In this document: piece after piece, positions 1 through 9,518 of the stretch | How the letters are laid out: each line of letters starts with the position of its first letter | How positions within the stretch are numbered: position 1 is the first letter of the stretch | NCBI GenBank assembly: GCA_018220935.1 | Contig: JAAOXU010000002.1 | Location: 7,664 to 71,663, forward strand | DNA from: Candidatus Altiarchaeota archaeon | GTDB lineage: Archaea > SpSt-1190 | Direction: 5' to 3' | Length of the DNA: 64,000 nt | The notes under the pieces: generated by a model | What the model saw: the letters and a program-made list of their open reading frames with translations, nothing else | Databases searched by the model: none | What the model was told of the DNA's origin: nothing | Position numbers and translations under genes: made by a program

Positions 1-265
1 TATCACCATACACATGTCGTAAAAATCTTTTGTATTTGTCTTTATTAATAAAATCCCTTTCAAGTCTAAGTGTGGTCAAATTCAAATTTTTTAGATAGTT
101 TTTTGATTCACTAAAACATCGCTCTCCTTTTTCTGGTGTGTTAATATTTAGTATTCTAACTCGACCAAGGGTTGTATCAATTGTATCTCCATCAATTACA
201 TAATTTAAGTCCGCTTCGACTAAAGGATAAACTAAAGCCAAAACTAAATACAGCAGTTTTATCAA
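1..265 (-). CDS. Secreted staphylococcal-nuclease (SNase/thermonuclease)-like protein, N-terminal part only (runs off the window edge)
   Basis: Not in the ORF track because there is no stop in the window. Manual minus-strand translation from TTG at 265-263 gives IKLLYLVLALVYPLVEADLNYVIDGDTIDTTLGRVRILNINTPEKGERCFSESKNYLKNLNLTTLRLERDFINKDKYKRFLRHVYGD. A hydrophobic leader is followed by SNase-type motifs (V-DGDT, R-x3-I-x-TPE, DKY-R-x-L). Confidence 0.6.
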   Translation of the reverse strand, partial: MIKLLYLVLALVYPLVEADLNYVIDGDTIDTTLGRVRILNINTPEKGERCFSESKNYLKNLNLTTLRLERDFINKDKYKRFLRHVYGD

Positions 266-3200
266 CTACCTCACTTCCATTCTTGTTGCAATTAAATTAA
301 GTGAATCTTTTAGTGATTTAAGGCTTGATGGTGCTCTTGCTTCATAATCATTTATTCCAAATGCACCTTGTGTTTGAGGATTAAGTTCTGCAATAAAAGC
401 AACATCTTGAGTTCCATCATACTCAGTTCCACCATCACTTTTGTCCCATATTAATCCAACTAACCAAGGTGACCCACTTGTGGCATTAATTACTGGGATA
501 TTTTCTAAGAGTATCCCATAAACAGTAAATGAACTAAAAGCGTCTGCGGTTCCGTTGTTATCTGAGTCATATGTTTTTTCTATATTGTCTGTGTAATTTT
601 CAGTCCCCAGTGCTAAATCTAATTCACTTAAGTCATTGGACTCATTCATAGGCCACATATTAAAAAAGTCAACACCTGAATCATAATCTACAATAAAAAC
701 ATTACCTTCTAAACTTTGTGGGGACCAAACGTAAACATTAGCACTTTCATTTGGTGCTGCTAGTCCTAATGTTCCTGTTGCGTTACCATAAAAATAAGAC
801 CATATTGGAACTGTTAAATTTGTAGTGTTCCAGTTATTGGTGTAGTCTTGGTCTAATACATTATCTGCAGGCCAAATACTTACATTTATTACGTGAGTTC
901 CTTGGATGAAAGTGGTTTGTGTACTAACTGTTGTTAGACCAACAGATAAATTTAATTCAACTAAACCGTGTGAAGAACTCACTCCATTCGAATCTGTTGC
1001 ATTAAACCACACAACTGTGTTGTTTGCGATTGTTGGCCCTAAATTGGTGATATTAGCTTCTATTATTACTTGGTCTTCTTCTGTTGGGCTGGTATTGTTT
1101 ACTGCTACTACGCCAACTAAAAGATCTGCAGTATAGGTGGTACTATAACTAAATTGGTCAGTCACGTTTAGTAAACCACTCCAAGAGTCATTTACCCAAA
1201 CCTGCCACTTTATGGTACAGTCAAATGTGTCATTCACTAATTTTGTAACATTTATCCACGATTCATTTGAACTTAAACTAATAAATGAATCATTCACAAA
1301 ATCCCCTGTACAATTATCATATGAGAAAATATATCCAGAAAGACTTGAATAATCTTCCCAATAAACGTTGTGACTTACATATTCACCAAGGGTGGTATCA
1401 TTAGTTGAATTACTGTACCATTTTGGTGGGTTTGTATCACTTTTTGTTAAGTATGTGAAAATTGATGTTGTATTCCAATTATCAAAAGAATCGTTAGTCC
1501 AGACTTGCCAGCTCACTTTAGTTCCGACTGTGTAATTTACAACTTTACTCACATTTACCCAGTATGAGGTTCCCCATGAAGTTGTCCAAGAATCATTAAC
1601 TAATATACCCGTTCCATTGTCCCAACTAAACACATAACCTGAAATATTAACTTCGTCTTCAAGTCTTAATTTATGTGAAACAGCCCAACCCGCAAGTGTC
1701 TTATCAGTTGAGTTATCATACCAAGTTGGTGGTTGATTCTCTGTTGTAAGATATGAAAAACTATCAGTTTCATTCCAATTATTGGAAGTATCATTTAAGT
1801 AGAATTTCCATTGTATGGTGCAACCTACTGAATTATTGATTCCTTTATATGCCGCACTTACCTCTTGTGTTCCAATCAAAGGAGTCCATGAATCATTCAC
1901 AAAATCCCCTGTACAATTATCATATGAGAAAATATACCCAGAAAGTCCACCATCATCACTCCAAGTAACTCCATGTTCAACTACTGCGCCTGCCACAGTT
2001 GAACTAGTGTAATTTGAATCCCACGCAGGAATAACATCGTCAGTTATACTAAAACAATTTACACTTTGAGTCATTGAATCATTAAGGTTTCCTGCTGTAT
2101 CGTTTGCATTCACTTTCCAACAAGTGTATGTATTGCCGTATCCTTTAGTTTGTATTGTAAAATTAGAGTAATCTGCTAATGACTCTGAAAAATCAAAATA
2201 ACTTTCATCAACCCACGAGCCAGTCTTATTAGTTGACAAAACTGAAATACCTAAACTACTTGAATCTTGCCAATAAACTGATGCTTTTACGAGTCCTGGG
2301 GCCTCAACACTTCCACTACTATTGTCAGTAATTAGGCTGTATATTGGGAATTCTGCATCACACTCTAAGGATATATCGCTTATAGTGGTCGTATTCTCAG
2401 TACTAGGATTATCTGTATCATTTGCCCACATAAACGAAAAATCAACGAGTGAATCAGAACTTGTACATTGCCAATCATAATACCATTCATTTCCAGTTCC
2501 TTGAATAAAACTATAGTTTAATCCGTTGATGGTTCCGTTTGCTGCACTGATTTGATCAGTTAAGTCAGTAATACTCAAATTAAATCTTGCAAATTGTTGA
2601 TTCGCGAGTAGAGTATTATTAACTGAAAAATCTAAAAATTGTGGGTAATCTGAATCATAATTTACTTCTAAGTATGATGCATAAACTACACACTGTTCTG
2701 GTGGATTTACATCAGTTAAAAGACACCCTCCAAGTTCAATACTCATATTAGAATAATTTCCACTAGGTGTTGTCCAATTACAACTAGACCAACTTGAACT
2801 AGTACTAACACCTATTGCAGTGTTACATCTATTAGTTCCGTTTTGTTGTAAATAATAAGTAAATTCTGCATTACTGCCCGTTGAAGTATGTACCCATAGT
2901 GTTATGTAATTTGGAACTTTTGTGATGTTTGAAAATTTGAATTCAGATACAACATCATCTGCAGCATCTGATGCTAAAAAGTCTGATCCAGTTGCTGGGT
3001 TGGTTGGTTCTCTTACAGCATCATCAATGGCTTCATATCCTAAAAGATCGCCATCCACCCAATTAGTTGACATATTTTCCTTTGGGTCATAATACTTTAC
3101 TGGGTCTGTAATATAATCAATCTCAACATAACTTGAAAAGACACCACCAATTGAAATTTCAAAATGTTTCGAAGGCCTTATTATATTATTTAAAAAAAAC

Positions 3201-3529
3201 TTATAGTGACCTTCTTCTTCAACTTTAATGTGCCCAATTATTATATTTTCTTGTTTAAACAAAATAAATACGTCTCGATTTAATGGATTTTTAAGATACA
3301 AACTAATATCATCTCGTTTGGTAAGTTCTGTATAAAATTCTAAACTAAAACTGTCTCCTACAAATGCATCAACATTCACGTTATCTTGGTACCTTAGTTC
3401 TGAATATACGTCTTTAATTTGTCCCGAGATCATATAGGCTTTTTTAAGATCTTTTGAAGAATTTGCAAATGCTGGGGTCATGCTAACTAACAGTAAACCC
3501 AATAAAACTCTAACCCAAACCCGGCGCAT
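266..3529 (-). CDS. Large secreted surface protein rich in N-glycosylation sequons (S-layer/adhesin candidate)
   Basis: 1087-aa ORF with an N-terminal hydrophobic leader (VWVRVLLGLLLVSMTPAFA). I count roughly fifty N-x-S/T sequons by eye. It has four ~100-aa tandem repeats (..SGYIFSYDNCTGDFVNDSW.. / ..SGYVFSWDNGTGILVNDSW..) and a CARDB-like stretch (IIEANITNLGPTIANNTVVWFNATD). No catalytic motif recognised. Confidence 0.6.
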   Translation of the reverse strand: MRRVWVRVLLGLLLVSMTPAFANSSKDLKKAYMISGQIKDVYSELRYQDNVNVDAFVGDSFSLEFYTELTKRDDISLYLKNPLNRDVFILFKQENIIIGHIKVEEEGHYKFFLNNIIRPSKHFEISIGGVFSSYVEIDYITDPVKYYDPKENMSTNWVDGDLLGYEAIDDAVREPTNPATGSDFLASDAADDVVSEFKFSNITKVPNYITLWVHTSTGSNAEFTYYLQQNGTNRCNTAIGVSTSSSWSSCNWTTPSGNYSNMSIELGGCLLTDVNPPEQCVVYASYLEVNYDSDYPQFLDFSVNNTLLANQQFARFNLSITDLTDQISAANGTINGLNYSFIQGTGNEWYYDWQCTSSDSLVDFSFMWANDTDNPSTENTTTISDISLECDAEFPIYSLITDNSSGSVEAPGLVKASVYWQDSSSLGISVLSTNKTGSWVDESYFDFSESLADYSNFTIQTKGYGNTYTCWKVNANDTAGNLNDSMTQSVNCFSITDDVIPAWDSNYTSSTVAGAVVEHGVTWSDDGGLSGYIFSYDNCTGDFVNDSWTPLIGTQEVSAAYKGINNSVGCTIQWKFYLNDTSNNWNETDSFSYLTTENQPPTWYDNSTDKTLAGWAVSHKLRLEDEVNISGYVFSWDNGTGILVNDSWTTSWGTSYWVNVSKVVNYTVGTKVSWQVWTNDSFDNWNTTSIFTYLTKSDTNPPKWYSNSTNDTTLGEYVSHNVYWEDYSSLSGYIFSYDNCTGDFVNDSFISLSSNESWINVTKLVNDTFDCTIKWQVWVNDSWSGLLNVTDQFSYSTTYTADLLVGVVAVNNTSPTEEDQVIIEANITNLGPTIANNTVVWFNATDSNGVSSSHGLVELNLSVGLTTVSTQTTFIQGTHVINVSIWPADNVLDQDYTNNWNTTNLTVPIWSYFYGNATGTLGLAAPNESANVYVWSPQSLEGNVFIVDYDSGVDFFNMWPMNESNDLSELDLALGTENYTDNIEKTYDSDNNGTADAFSSFTVYGILLENIPVINATSGSPWLVGLIWDKSDGGTEYDGTQDVAFIAELNPQTQGAFGINDYEARAPSSLKSLKDSLNLIATRMEVR
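1150..2330 (-). repeat. Tandem ~100-aa domain repeats inside the surface-protein gene
   Basis: The protein-level repeats are visible in the translation. At DNA level, 1286-1342 and 1889-1945 (offset 603 nt = 201 codons) are identical except for one base. Confidence 0.8.
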
Positions 3530-3556
3530 TAGTTATTCTATAATTGTGATATTAAA

Positions 3557-4549
3557 TTAGTTTCTTAGTATAAGGCGCCTTCTTTTGCCTCTGCCCGGAA
3601 TATCCTCGTCTTTAATCATCTGAAGTTCAATTAACTCTTTGACATACTTTCTAAAGGTTCGCTCAGCCCCCTTACCGCCAATTTCTTTATATTTGGCAAA
3701 TACTTCAACTGAACTTGCGCTGTTTTTTAATGCTCTAAGTGCCTCAATTACGACTTTGTGTTCTCCTTCTAGCTCCGTTTCTCTTTTTTCTTTCTTAGGA
3801 TCTTGTATTACTTCAACCGACCTAACGTGATTAATATTTAATGAACTATTGGTTTTTCCTGCAATTCTTCCTGCTTTTAGCAATAGGTTTAATCCGTATC
3901 TCACATCTGAATTATTTTTATAGGCTAATCTTGCTGCGACTTTAACTGCAGTCTCATCAAAATTTTTAAATGAATATTTTGCCCTTTCTTTTAGGATATC
4001 AAAGAGTTCATCAACACTATATCTTCCAAAAGTTACAATTGAAGGTGCTAAAGAACTTTTTACTCTCGAATCAAAATGACGCATGGCATACTCTTCGTTT
4101 GAAATCATTACAATACCAATTGGAATATTAGCTCGACTTAAGACATAAAGTACGCTGTCATCAGTTAAGGCGTCAACTTCATCTAGTATTATGATTAGTT
4201 TTTCACCCACAACATTTTGAGCAAATTCATCAACAAGTTCGTCAACACTTCTTCCTTTTCTTGGGACTGGATATGAGAGTTGTCTGAGGATTTCGGTTAG
4301 TACTGCTACTTCAGTTCGTTGATACCAACAATTAATGTATATGCCTCTTGCACCTTCTTCTCTAAAACTTCGTATAATAAATTTAGCAACGGCAGTCTTA
4401 CCAATTCCGGCAGATCCGTGAATAAAAAGATTAGTTGCTCGTCTATTATCTAAAATTGGTTTTAATGATTCAAAAACTTCACCCACTTCACCCTCTCTGT
4501 GCGGAAGCACTTCTGGTATAAAGTCCGGGTCAAGATATTCTTCTCTCAC
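3557..4549 (-). CDS. cdc6: Orc1/Cdc6 replication initiator
   Basis: AAA+ Walker A GSAGIGKT, Walker B IIILDEVD, and a C-terminal winged-helix-like tail. Length and layout match archaeal Orc1/Cdc6. GTG start at 4549. Confidence 0.9.
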   Translation of the reverse strand: MREEYLDPDFIPEVLPHREGEVGEVFESLKPILDNRRATNLFIHGSAGIGKTAVAKFIIRSFREEGARGIYINCWYQRTEVAVLTEILRQLSYPVPRKGRSVDELVDEFAQNVVGEKLIIILDEVDALTDDSVLYVLSRANIPIGIVMISNEEYAMRHFDSRVKSSLAPSIVTFGRYSVDELFDILKERAKYSFKNFDETAVKVAARLAYKNNSDVRYGLNLLLKAGRIAGKTNSSLNINHVRSVEVIQDPKKEKRETELEGEHKVVIEALRALKNSASSVEVFAKYKEIGGKGAERTFRKYVKELIELQMIKDEDIPGRGKRRRLILRN

Positions 4550-4570
4550 ACTTAAAAGTTAACGGAGTAT

Positions 4571-4577
4571 TTTATAT
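4571..4577 (-). promoter_or_regulatory. TATA-like box for orc1/cdc6
   Basis: ATATAAA on the minus strand, 22-28 nt upstream of the GTG start, which implies a short or absent leader. It lies within the last codons of cbf5. Confidence 0.35.
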
Positions 4578-5543
4578 GCTTTTTTTGGATGAGCTTTTCC
4601 ATGTTTTAGGATACACATCTTTTTCAAGTATAACTCTATCAGTTGAAACTGCGTCTCCATCCCAGTCTTTGACTATAGCTTTAGAGTCTCGTAGTGCGTT
4701 GCCAAAGGATACAAGTTCACCATTTTGTGTAAAGACGGCAGTCATTTTACCCATTTTAACTGATTCTTCGCATTGTGCAACTCCATTAACACCAAGACTA
4801 GCACCATGTGTGATACTACTAACTGCACTGCTCTTTACATAGACTTTTGGCGTGCCATACAGACCTTCTTCGACGGGTCGTATTAGTTTTTTTAAGAACG
4901 ATTCGTCTCCTTTTTCTTTATAGATTTCCCAACCTTCTTTTAGTTCATGGAGTGTGACTACTGTGTTTTCAGTAAAGGGACCCGCTTTAGTTCTTCTAAG
5001 TTCTTTCATATTAGCGCCGACTCCTAAAGCAACACCCATATCATGACATAATTTTCGAATATAAGTTCCGGCTTCAACTAAAGTCTTAAACAAAACTTGT
5101 CTGTCTTTAATTTCAAGTACTTCAAAATAATACACAGTTCTCTTCCTTGAGCGTCTTTTTACCGCACTTTTTGCTGGAGGCACTTGCATAATATCCCCTT
5201 CAAATTCCTTAATTACTTTCATCAACTTAGATTTTTTTACCTCACCGTGAAGATACATTACTCCAACATATTCTTTTGGTGACTTTAGCAGACCTTGTAC
5301 TATTTTTGTGGAAGAATTAAGCATTATGGGGAGTACTCCTGTTACTCCTGGATCTAGTGTTCCTGAGTGACCTGCCTTTTTTGCACCAAGAATTTGTTTT
5401 ACCCAGGCTGTCACTTGATGGCTTGTAGGTCCTGCTGGTTTGTCAAGTACAATTATACCCTTGTCTAATATTTCTTTTAGATCTCGTTCCCATGGGCTTT
5501 TTCCCCATTTTTTATGGTCTTCTAAGTCTCTTACTAACACCAA
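4572..5543 (-). CDS. cbf5: Cbf5, H/ACA RNP pseudouridine synthase (TruB family)
   Basis: TruB catalytic motif GHSGTLDPGVTGVLP and a C-terminal PUA-like domain. The start is TTG 5543 or GTG 5540. Confidence 0.9.
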   Translation of the reverse strand: MVLVRDLEDHKKWGKSPWERDLKEILDKGIIVLDKPAGPTSHQVTAWVKQILGAKKAGHSGTLDPGVTGVLPIMLNSSTKIVQGLLKSPKEYVGVMYLHGEVKKSKLMKVIKEFEGDIMQVPPAKSAVKRRSRKRTVYYFEVLEIKDRQVLFKTLVEAGTYIRKLCHDMGVALGVGANMKELRRTKAGPFTENTVVTLHELKEGWEIYKEKGDESFLKKLIRPVEEGLYGTPKVYVKSSAVSSITHGASLGVNGVAQCEESVKMGKMTAVFTQNGELVSFGNALRDSKAIVKDWDGDAVSTDRVILEKDVYPKTWKSSSKKSI

Positions 5544-5553
5544 AACCTTTCTT

Positions 5554-5679
5554 TAACTAGTTTATATGAGCTATGAAACGAGCTTTTTCCCGCCGAGCGG
5601 GATTTTCAAAAAAGCTCGACCAAAACATGACAGAAAAACAAGGTAAAACCGCTCTAACTAGTTTATATGAGCTATGAAA
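5554..5679. repeat. 76-bp hairpin-family insert (5579-5654) flanked by exact 25-bp direct repeats (5554-5578, 5655-5679)
   Basis: TAACTAGTTTATATGAGCTATGAAA occurs twice. The distal copy holds the stop and last 7 codons of ORF 5658-6974. The insert carries a nested palindrome: CGAGCTTTTT-CCCGCCGAGCGGG-ATTTTC-AAAAAAGCTCG (5579-5618). Confidence 0.8.
5562..5569 (-). promoter_or_regulatory. TATA-like box for cbf5 (inside direct-repeat copy 1)
   Basis: CATATAAA on the minus strand, about 20-28 nt upstream of the cbf5 start. Confidence 0.35.
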
Positions 5680-6974
5680 AGGTCTGGTGTCTCAATTACA
5701 TTATCACAATTTTTAACCCAAACCTCTGATTTTGGCAGTATGATGTGTTTTAGGCCTACATTTAGCTCATTACAGCTCTTTGGGGAGTAAAAAAACCACT
5801 CGGGTTCTGAGTATTCAAAAGTCGGACTTTTTGGGGTTGGGAGTCCCCTATATGCCAGATAATTTTGAGTAAAAAACATATCACTAGCCGCTTCAGGGGG
5901 GAATAATGTAGTAGTGTAGTTGCCGTCTAATTGGTCTAAATATTGGAAATTTTCACTAATTGTCCCAACCCAGGGCATGGGAACTATTAGTAGTATTGAC
6001 GTTATGAGTGTTAGTTGTTTCCAAACTTTTTGACTCCTTCGTAAAAGTAGATACGAGAATGGTGGGACTAATGTTGTGATTATTATTTGATTCCACCCTG
6101 GTATATTCAAATTAAAAGGTAGACCAAAAATATATGCCATTGGAAAAACGACCGCGATAAAAACAGAAGGGAGTGAATACAAACCTTCTTTTCCTAACAT
6201 AAAAATTGACATCAAAATTCCCATTGCAACTAATACAAGTGAAGTAAATATCCACCCAAAGCCTTGATTTAATAAAACTGCTTTTGCCATATCGTAGAGT
6301 ATTTCAGATCTTGGTGTAATCCACCCTAATTTTCCAAGTGTTGGTGGGATGTATAAAGCAATCCACAATAAGGTGAAACTACCCCAGTACCAAAAATGTT
6401 TAGCGATTTTTTTACTAATTGATTTAAAAAATAAAAGTGGACCATAAAATACCATTGTGGGTAGGTGACTTGTAGTTCCAATCATAAAGAGTGTGGTTGT
6501 AATTAACTTATTTTTTCCTTTGTCAATATAAAACAATAAAATTAGGAATGCAAGATGTGCCATAAATTCGAGTAGTCTTCCCGTAGTCATAAATGACTGG
6601 ATTGAGAGTGGAAATAAAATGGCAAGCAACATATACTTCTCATTACCTGGTGAAATTTTTTTAGTGACCCAATAACTTATGAGCAACATTAAAAAATAAC
6701 TTAAAAAATATGCAAACTTAGGGGGTAATACAAAAGCTAAAAATAAGAATGGGATTAATGCGGGCGGAATAAAAACACGAACGGGGAGATTTCCTTGTTC
6801 TGCATAACTTGTTATTCCTTCCCTTGCGACTGCTACAAATTTATTTATGTGAAATGAATGGTCGATATGAAAAAAGTGAGATGGAAAATTATCACCTAGT
6901 CTTGAAAAATCAAGAGACACCATAAGAAGTGCAAACAAAATATAGACTTCTTTCCACCTTTTTCGTATTAACAT
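5658..6974 (-). CDS. Polytopic membrane protein, family not recognised (GT-C-type glycosyltransferase is only a context guess)
   Basis: 438-aa ORF with ten or more hydrophobic helices and a ~90-aa C-terminal soluble domain. It abuts the GT2 gene with a 1-nt gap. Confidence 0.45.
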   Translation of the reverse strand: MLIRKRWKEVYILFALLMVSLDFSRLGDNFPSHFFHIDHSFHINKFVAVAREGITSYAEQGNLPVRVFIPPALIPFLFLAFVLPPKFAYFLSYFLMLLISYWVTKKISPGNEKYMLLAILFPLSIQSFMTTGRLLEFMAHLAFLILLFYIDKGKNKLITTTLFMIGTTSHLPTMVFYGPLLFFKSISKKIAKHFWYWGSFTLLWIALYIPPTLGKLGWITPRSEILYDMAKAVLLNQGFGWIFTSLVLVAMGILMSIFMLGKEGLYSLPSVFIAVVFPMAYIFGLPFNLNIPGWNQIIITTLVPPFSYLLLRRSQKVWKQLTLITSILLIVPMPWVGTISENFQYLDQLDGNYTTTLFPPEAASDMFFTQNYLAYRGLPTPKSPTFEYSEPEWFFYSPKSCNELNVGLKHIILPKSEVWVKNCDNVIETPDLFIAHIN

Positions 6975-6975
6975 A

Positions 6976-7887
6976 TTAGAACCTCAAAATTCCAGTGTGA
7001 AGACCTAAGATATATGCTAAGTATCTTATTGGGAGTAATATGCCGGCTAGAAAGCCGGATACACTCGTTTTTTTAGTTAGTCCAATTATTGCACCTATGA
7101 TAAATGGTAAAAATACTGAGCCTGGATAAATTAAAGATACGCCAAAATAAGAATATGCTAATAAAACTAAAAATGCAACTTTCTTTCCATAAGTTGTTTT
7201 AAAATTTAATCCAGCTTTACCGTCTCCATATCCATAAAGGAAAAATTGACGAAGCCATTTTTTTAGACTACTTCTCATTCCCCAAAATACAATGGCATCA
7301 TCTGCTACAACAAATTTTGCACCTGCTTTTTCCATATTGGCATTAAAGAGTGTGTCTTCTCCTGTGTATAAATTTGTTGGGTAACCTTTCACTTTTTTCC
7401 ACATTGATTTTTTAAAAAGTATACTTCTTGAACTTGGATTTTTATCTGTTGACCTTTTTACAAAAATTGATTGGATTTCTTCACTTAAATTTCTTGAGAG
7501 AGGTAAAAAATTTCCAGCTACAACGTCCCCTCCTTTATTTGTAAGATTCTTTAACCAATTTTTTTCTGCTATACATCCACCATCAATTGAAGCGATTAAA
7601 TTATAGTTCGCGTTTTCAATTGCAATATTTCTTCCTTCTGCAATATTGGCTTTGTCTTTTTTTATGATTTTAAACTTAATTTTTTCCTTATTGAATTTAA
7701 TTTTCCATTTTTGAAGCTTTTCAAAAGTCTGATCAGTTGATCCGCCGTCAACTATTATTACTTCATCTGGTTTGCGACTCTGAGTTAAAAGTGAACTCAA
7801 TAATTTATCAACACCTTTCCCTTCATTTTTTAAGGTACTAATTACGCTAACCTTTTCTGACGCTTTTAGTTTAGATGAGTGTACCAT
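6976..7887 (-). CDS. Family-2 glycosyltransferase with C-terminal TM helices (polyprenyl-phosphate hexose synthase-like)
   Basis: GT-A/GT2 N-terminal signature (VSVISTLKNE.., DEVIIVDGGSTDQT, SIDGG), then 3-4 hydrophobic helices. Confidence 0.75.
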   Translation of the reverse strand: MVHSSKLKASEKVSVISTLKNEGKGVDKLLSSLLTQSRKPDEVIIVDGGSTDQTFEKLQKWKIKFNKEKIKFKIIKKDKANIAEGRNIAIENANYNLIASIDGGCIAEKNWLKNLTNKGGDVVAGNFLPLSRNLSEEIQSIFVKRSTDKNPSSRSILFKKSMWKKVKGYPTNLYTGEDTLFNANMEKAGAKFVVADDAIVFWGMRSSLKKWLRQFFLYGYGDGKAGLNFKTTYGKKVAFLVLLAYSYFGVSLIYPGSVFLPFIIGAIIGLTKKTSVSGFLAGILLPIRYLAYILGLHTGILRF

Positions 7888-9040
7888 ATCCTACAAGTCT
7901 CCATTTACCTTCAACCCTTCTACTGATTACAAATCTGTCTTCTTTGTCAACACAAACTGGTTTTTTTAGTGTAATTGTAACTGTTTTTGCGGATCTTGTT
8001 ACTGTACCCACAATGACTGTAGTATTAATATTGATGATTAGGGGTTCCCCTTCGCGTAAAGGTGTGACTTTAACTTGCTTTTCAGCTTCAAGTCCAACAA
8101 CATGATCAAACAAATCAACGTTTAGTTCAACACTTTGAAGCATCTTAGGTAATTTACCGGGGTGACCAATTACGGCGCCAAGCATAGAATCTTTTTTGGT
8201 TAGATTTGGGTCAAGCTTAGTTCCAATTGCAATACTCCCTCCCGGACTTGCTGAATCTAATTTTTCATTTTCAGTTGCAAGGGATGTAATTTCTGTAGTA
8301 ATAGGTATCCATTCCCCGTTATTTTCTAGTCCAGGTCTAATTTCAATAGTTTCTCCTACTGCGATTTTCCCTCTAACTAATCCACCACCAAAAACACCAC
8401 CCTTTAAATTTTTGGCTTTAGTCCCTGGTTTGTTAATATCAAAACTTCTAACCACTAAAAACTTTGCATCTGCATTTGGATCTCTTTTTGGGGTTGGAAT
8501 AAATTTTTCAATAGCCTCAACTAGTAAATCAACATTCACTCTATGAAGTGCTGAGACTGGAATTATGGGGGCCTTAATATCGTAAGTTTTTAGAAATGTT
8601 TGAATATCTTCATAATTTTTTTTAGCTTCTTCTTCTGTAACTGAATCAATTTTATTTTGAACAACTACGATGTGTTTAATGCCTGCAATTTTTGCTGCCA
8701 TTGCATGTTCTTTGGTTTGGGCTCGTATACCCTCTTTTGCTGAAATTAAAAGAAGTGCACCATCCATTATTGAACTTGATGCTAACATAACTGCCATAAG
8801 TGCTTCGTGTCCTGGTGCATCAACAAAACTGACACATCTTTGGAGTTTTCCCTTTTTCTCTGCATTAAAGGTGTCGCCGTCTTTGTAAAAACAAGTATTT
8901 GCGTATCCTAATTTGATTGTGATTCCTTTCTTTAATTCTTCACTAAAAGTATCTGTCCACTTACCGCTTAGTGCTTGGGTTAAGGTGGTTTTACCGTGGT
9001 CGACATGACCAATCATACCAATATTTACTTCTGGCTTCAC
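7871..9040 (-). CDS. eif2g: Translation initiation factor aIF2 gamma subunit
   Basis: GTPase motifs GHVDHGKTT, DAPGH and NKID, followed by the beta-barrel domains II/III typical of e/aIF2-gamma. Confidence 0.9.
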   Translation of the reverse strand: MKPEVNIGMIGHVDHGKTTLTQALSGKWTDTFSEELKKGITIKLGYANTCFYKDGDTFNAEKKGKLQRCVSFVDAPGHEALMAVMLASSSIMDGALLLISAKEGIRAQTKEHAMAAKIAGIKHIVVVQNKIDSVTEEEAKKNYEDIQTFLKTYDIKAPIIPVSALHRVNVDLLVEAIEKFIPTPKRDPNADAKFLVVRSFDINKPGTKAKNLKGGVFGGGLVRGKIAVGETIEIRPGLENNGEWIPITTEITSLATENEKLDSASPGGSIAIGTKLDPNLTKKDSMLGAVIGHPGKLPKMLQSVELNVDLFDHVVGLEAEKQVKVTPLREGEPLIININTTVIVGTVTRSAKTVTITLKKPVCVDKEDRFVISRRVEGKWRLVGYGTLI

Positions 9041-9073
9041 AATCTAAAAAGAATTTGGGTGTTTATAACGGTT

Positions 9074-9469
9074 TTATTCTGACTTCTTCTCTTCTGTACT
9101 ACCAATAAGTTCTTCAAGTTTCTTAGTGCCAGCTTTTTTGACTTTAACATTAACTTGTGCTATATCTTCATCAATAACCTGACCCCTTACCATCTTTCGC
9201 TTTCTAATCCCTGCTTCTTTAGGTTTATATCCTGGGCCTACTGATAAAAGTAGTTTTTTTCTTACAGTTCCGCCTAATCCAGCCTTCATAGGAAAACCAT
9301 CTTTGTCAGTTCCGCCTCTAATCACGAATTCGTAGCCAGGAAAGCCAAAATCGTCTCCTTTGACTACGTCTCCTATTTTTTTACCTTTAAGTTTAATTGA
9401 TTGTTCAGAATTAAGACTAACTTGCTTAGTCATTTTATCATGGCCAATTACAAGCCTAGTATCTACCAT
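9074..9469 (-). CDS. rps6e: Ribosomal protein eS6
   Basis: eS6 core ..GFPGYEFVIRGGTDKDGFPMKAG..; 131 aa. Confidence 0.85.
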   Translation of the reverse strand: MVDTRLVIGHDKMTKQVSLNSEQSIKLKGKKIGDVVKGDDFGFPGYEFVIRGGTDKDGFPMKAGLGGTVRKKLLLSVGPGYKPKEAGIRKRKMVRGQVIDEDIAQVNVKVKKAGTKKLEELIGSTEEKKSE

Positions 9470-9518
9470 AAGAGTTTCTCAGTTAAATGGTTTTTAAGTC
9501 TTACCACAAAAATTAGCC

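Noticed and set aside
3530-5657. Possible replication origin next to orc1/cdc6
   Set aside because: orc1 is flanked by only 27 nt and 22 nt of non-coding DNA. The nearest larger spacer (5544-5657) is explained by the hairpin insert and its direct repeats. I saw no ORB-like repeated boxes or AT-rich unwinding element.
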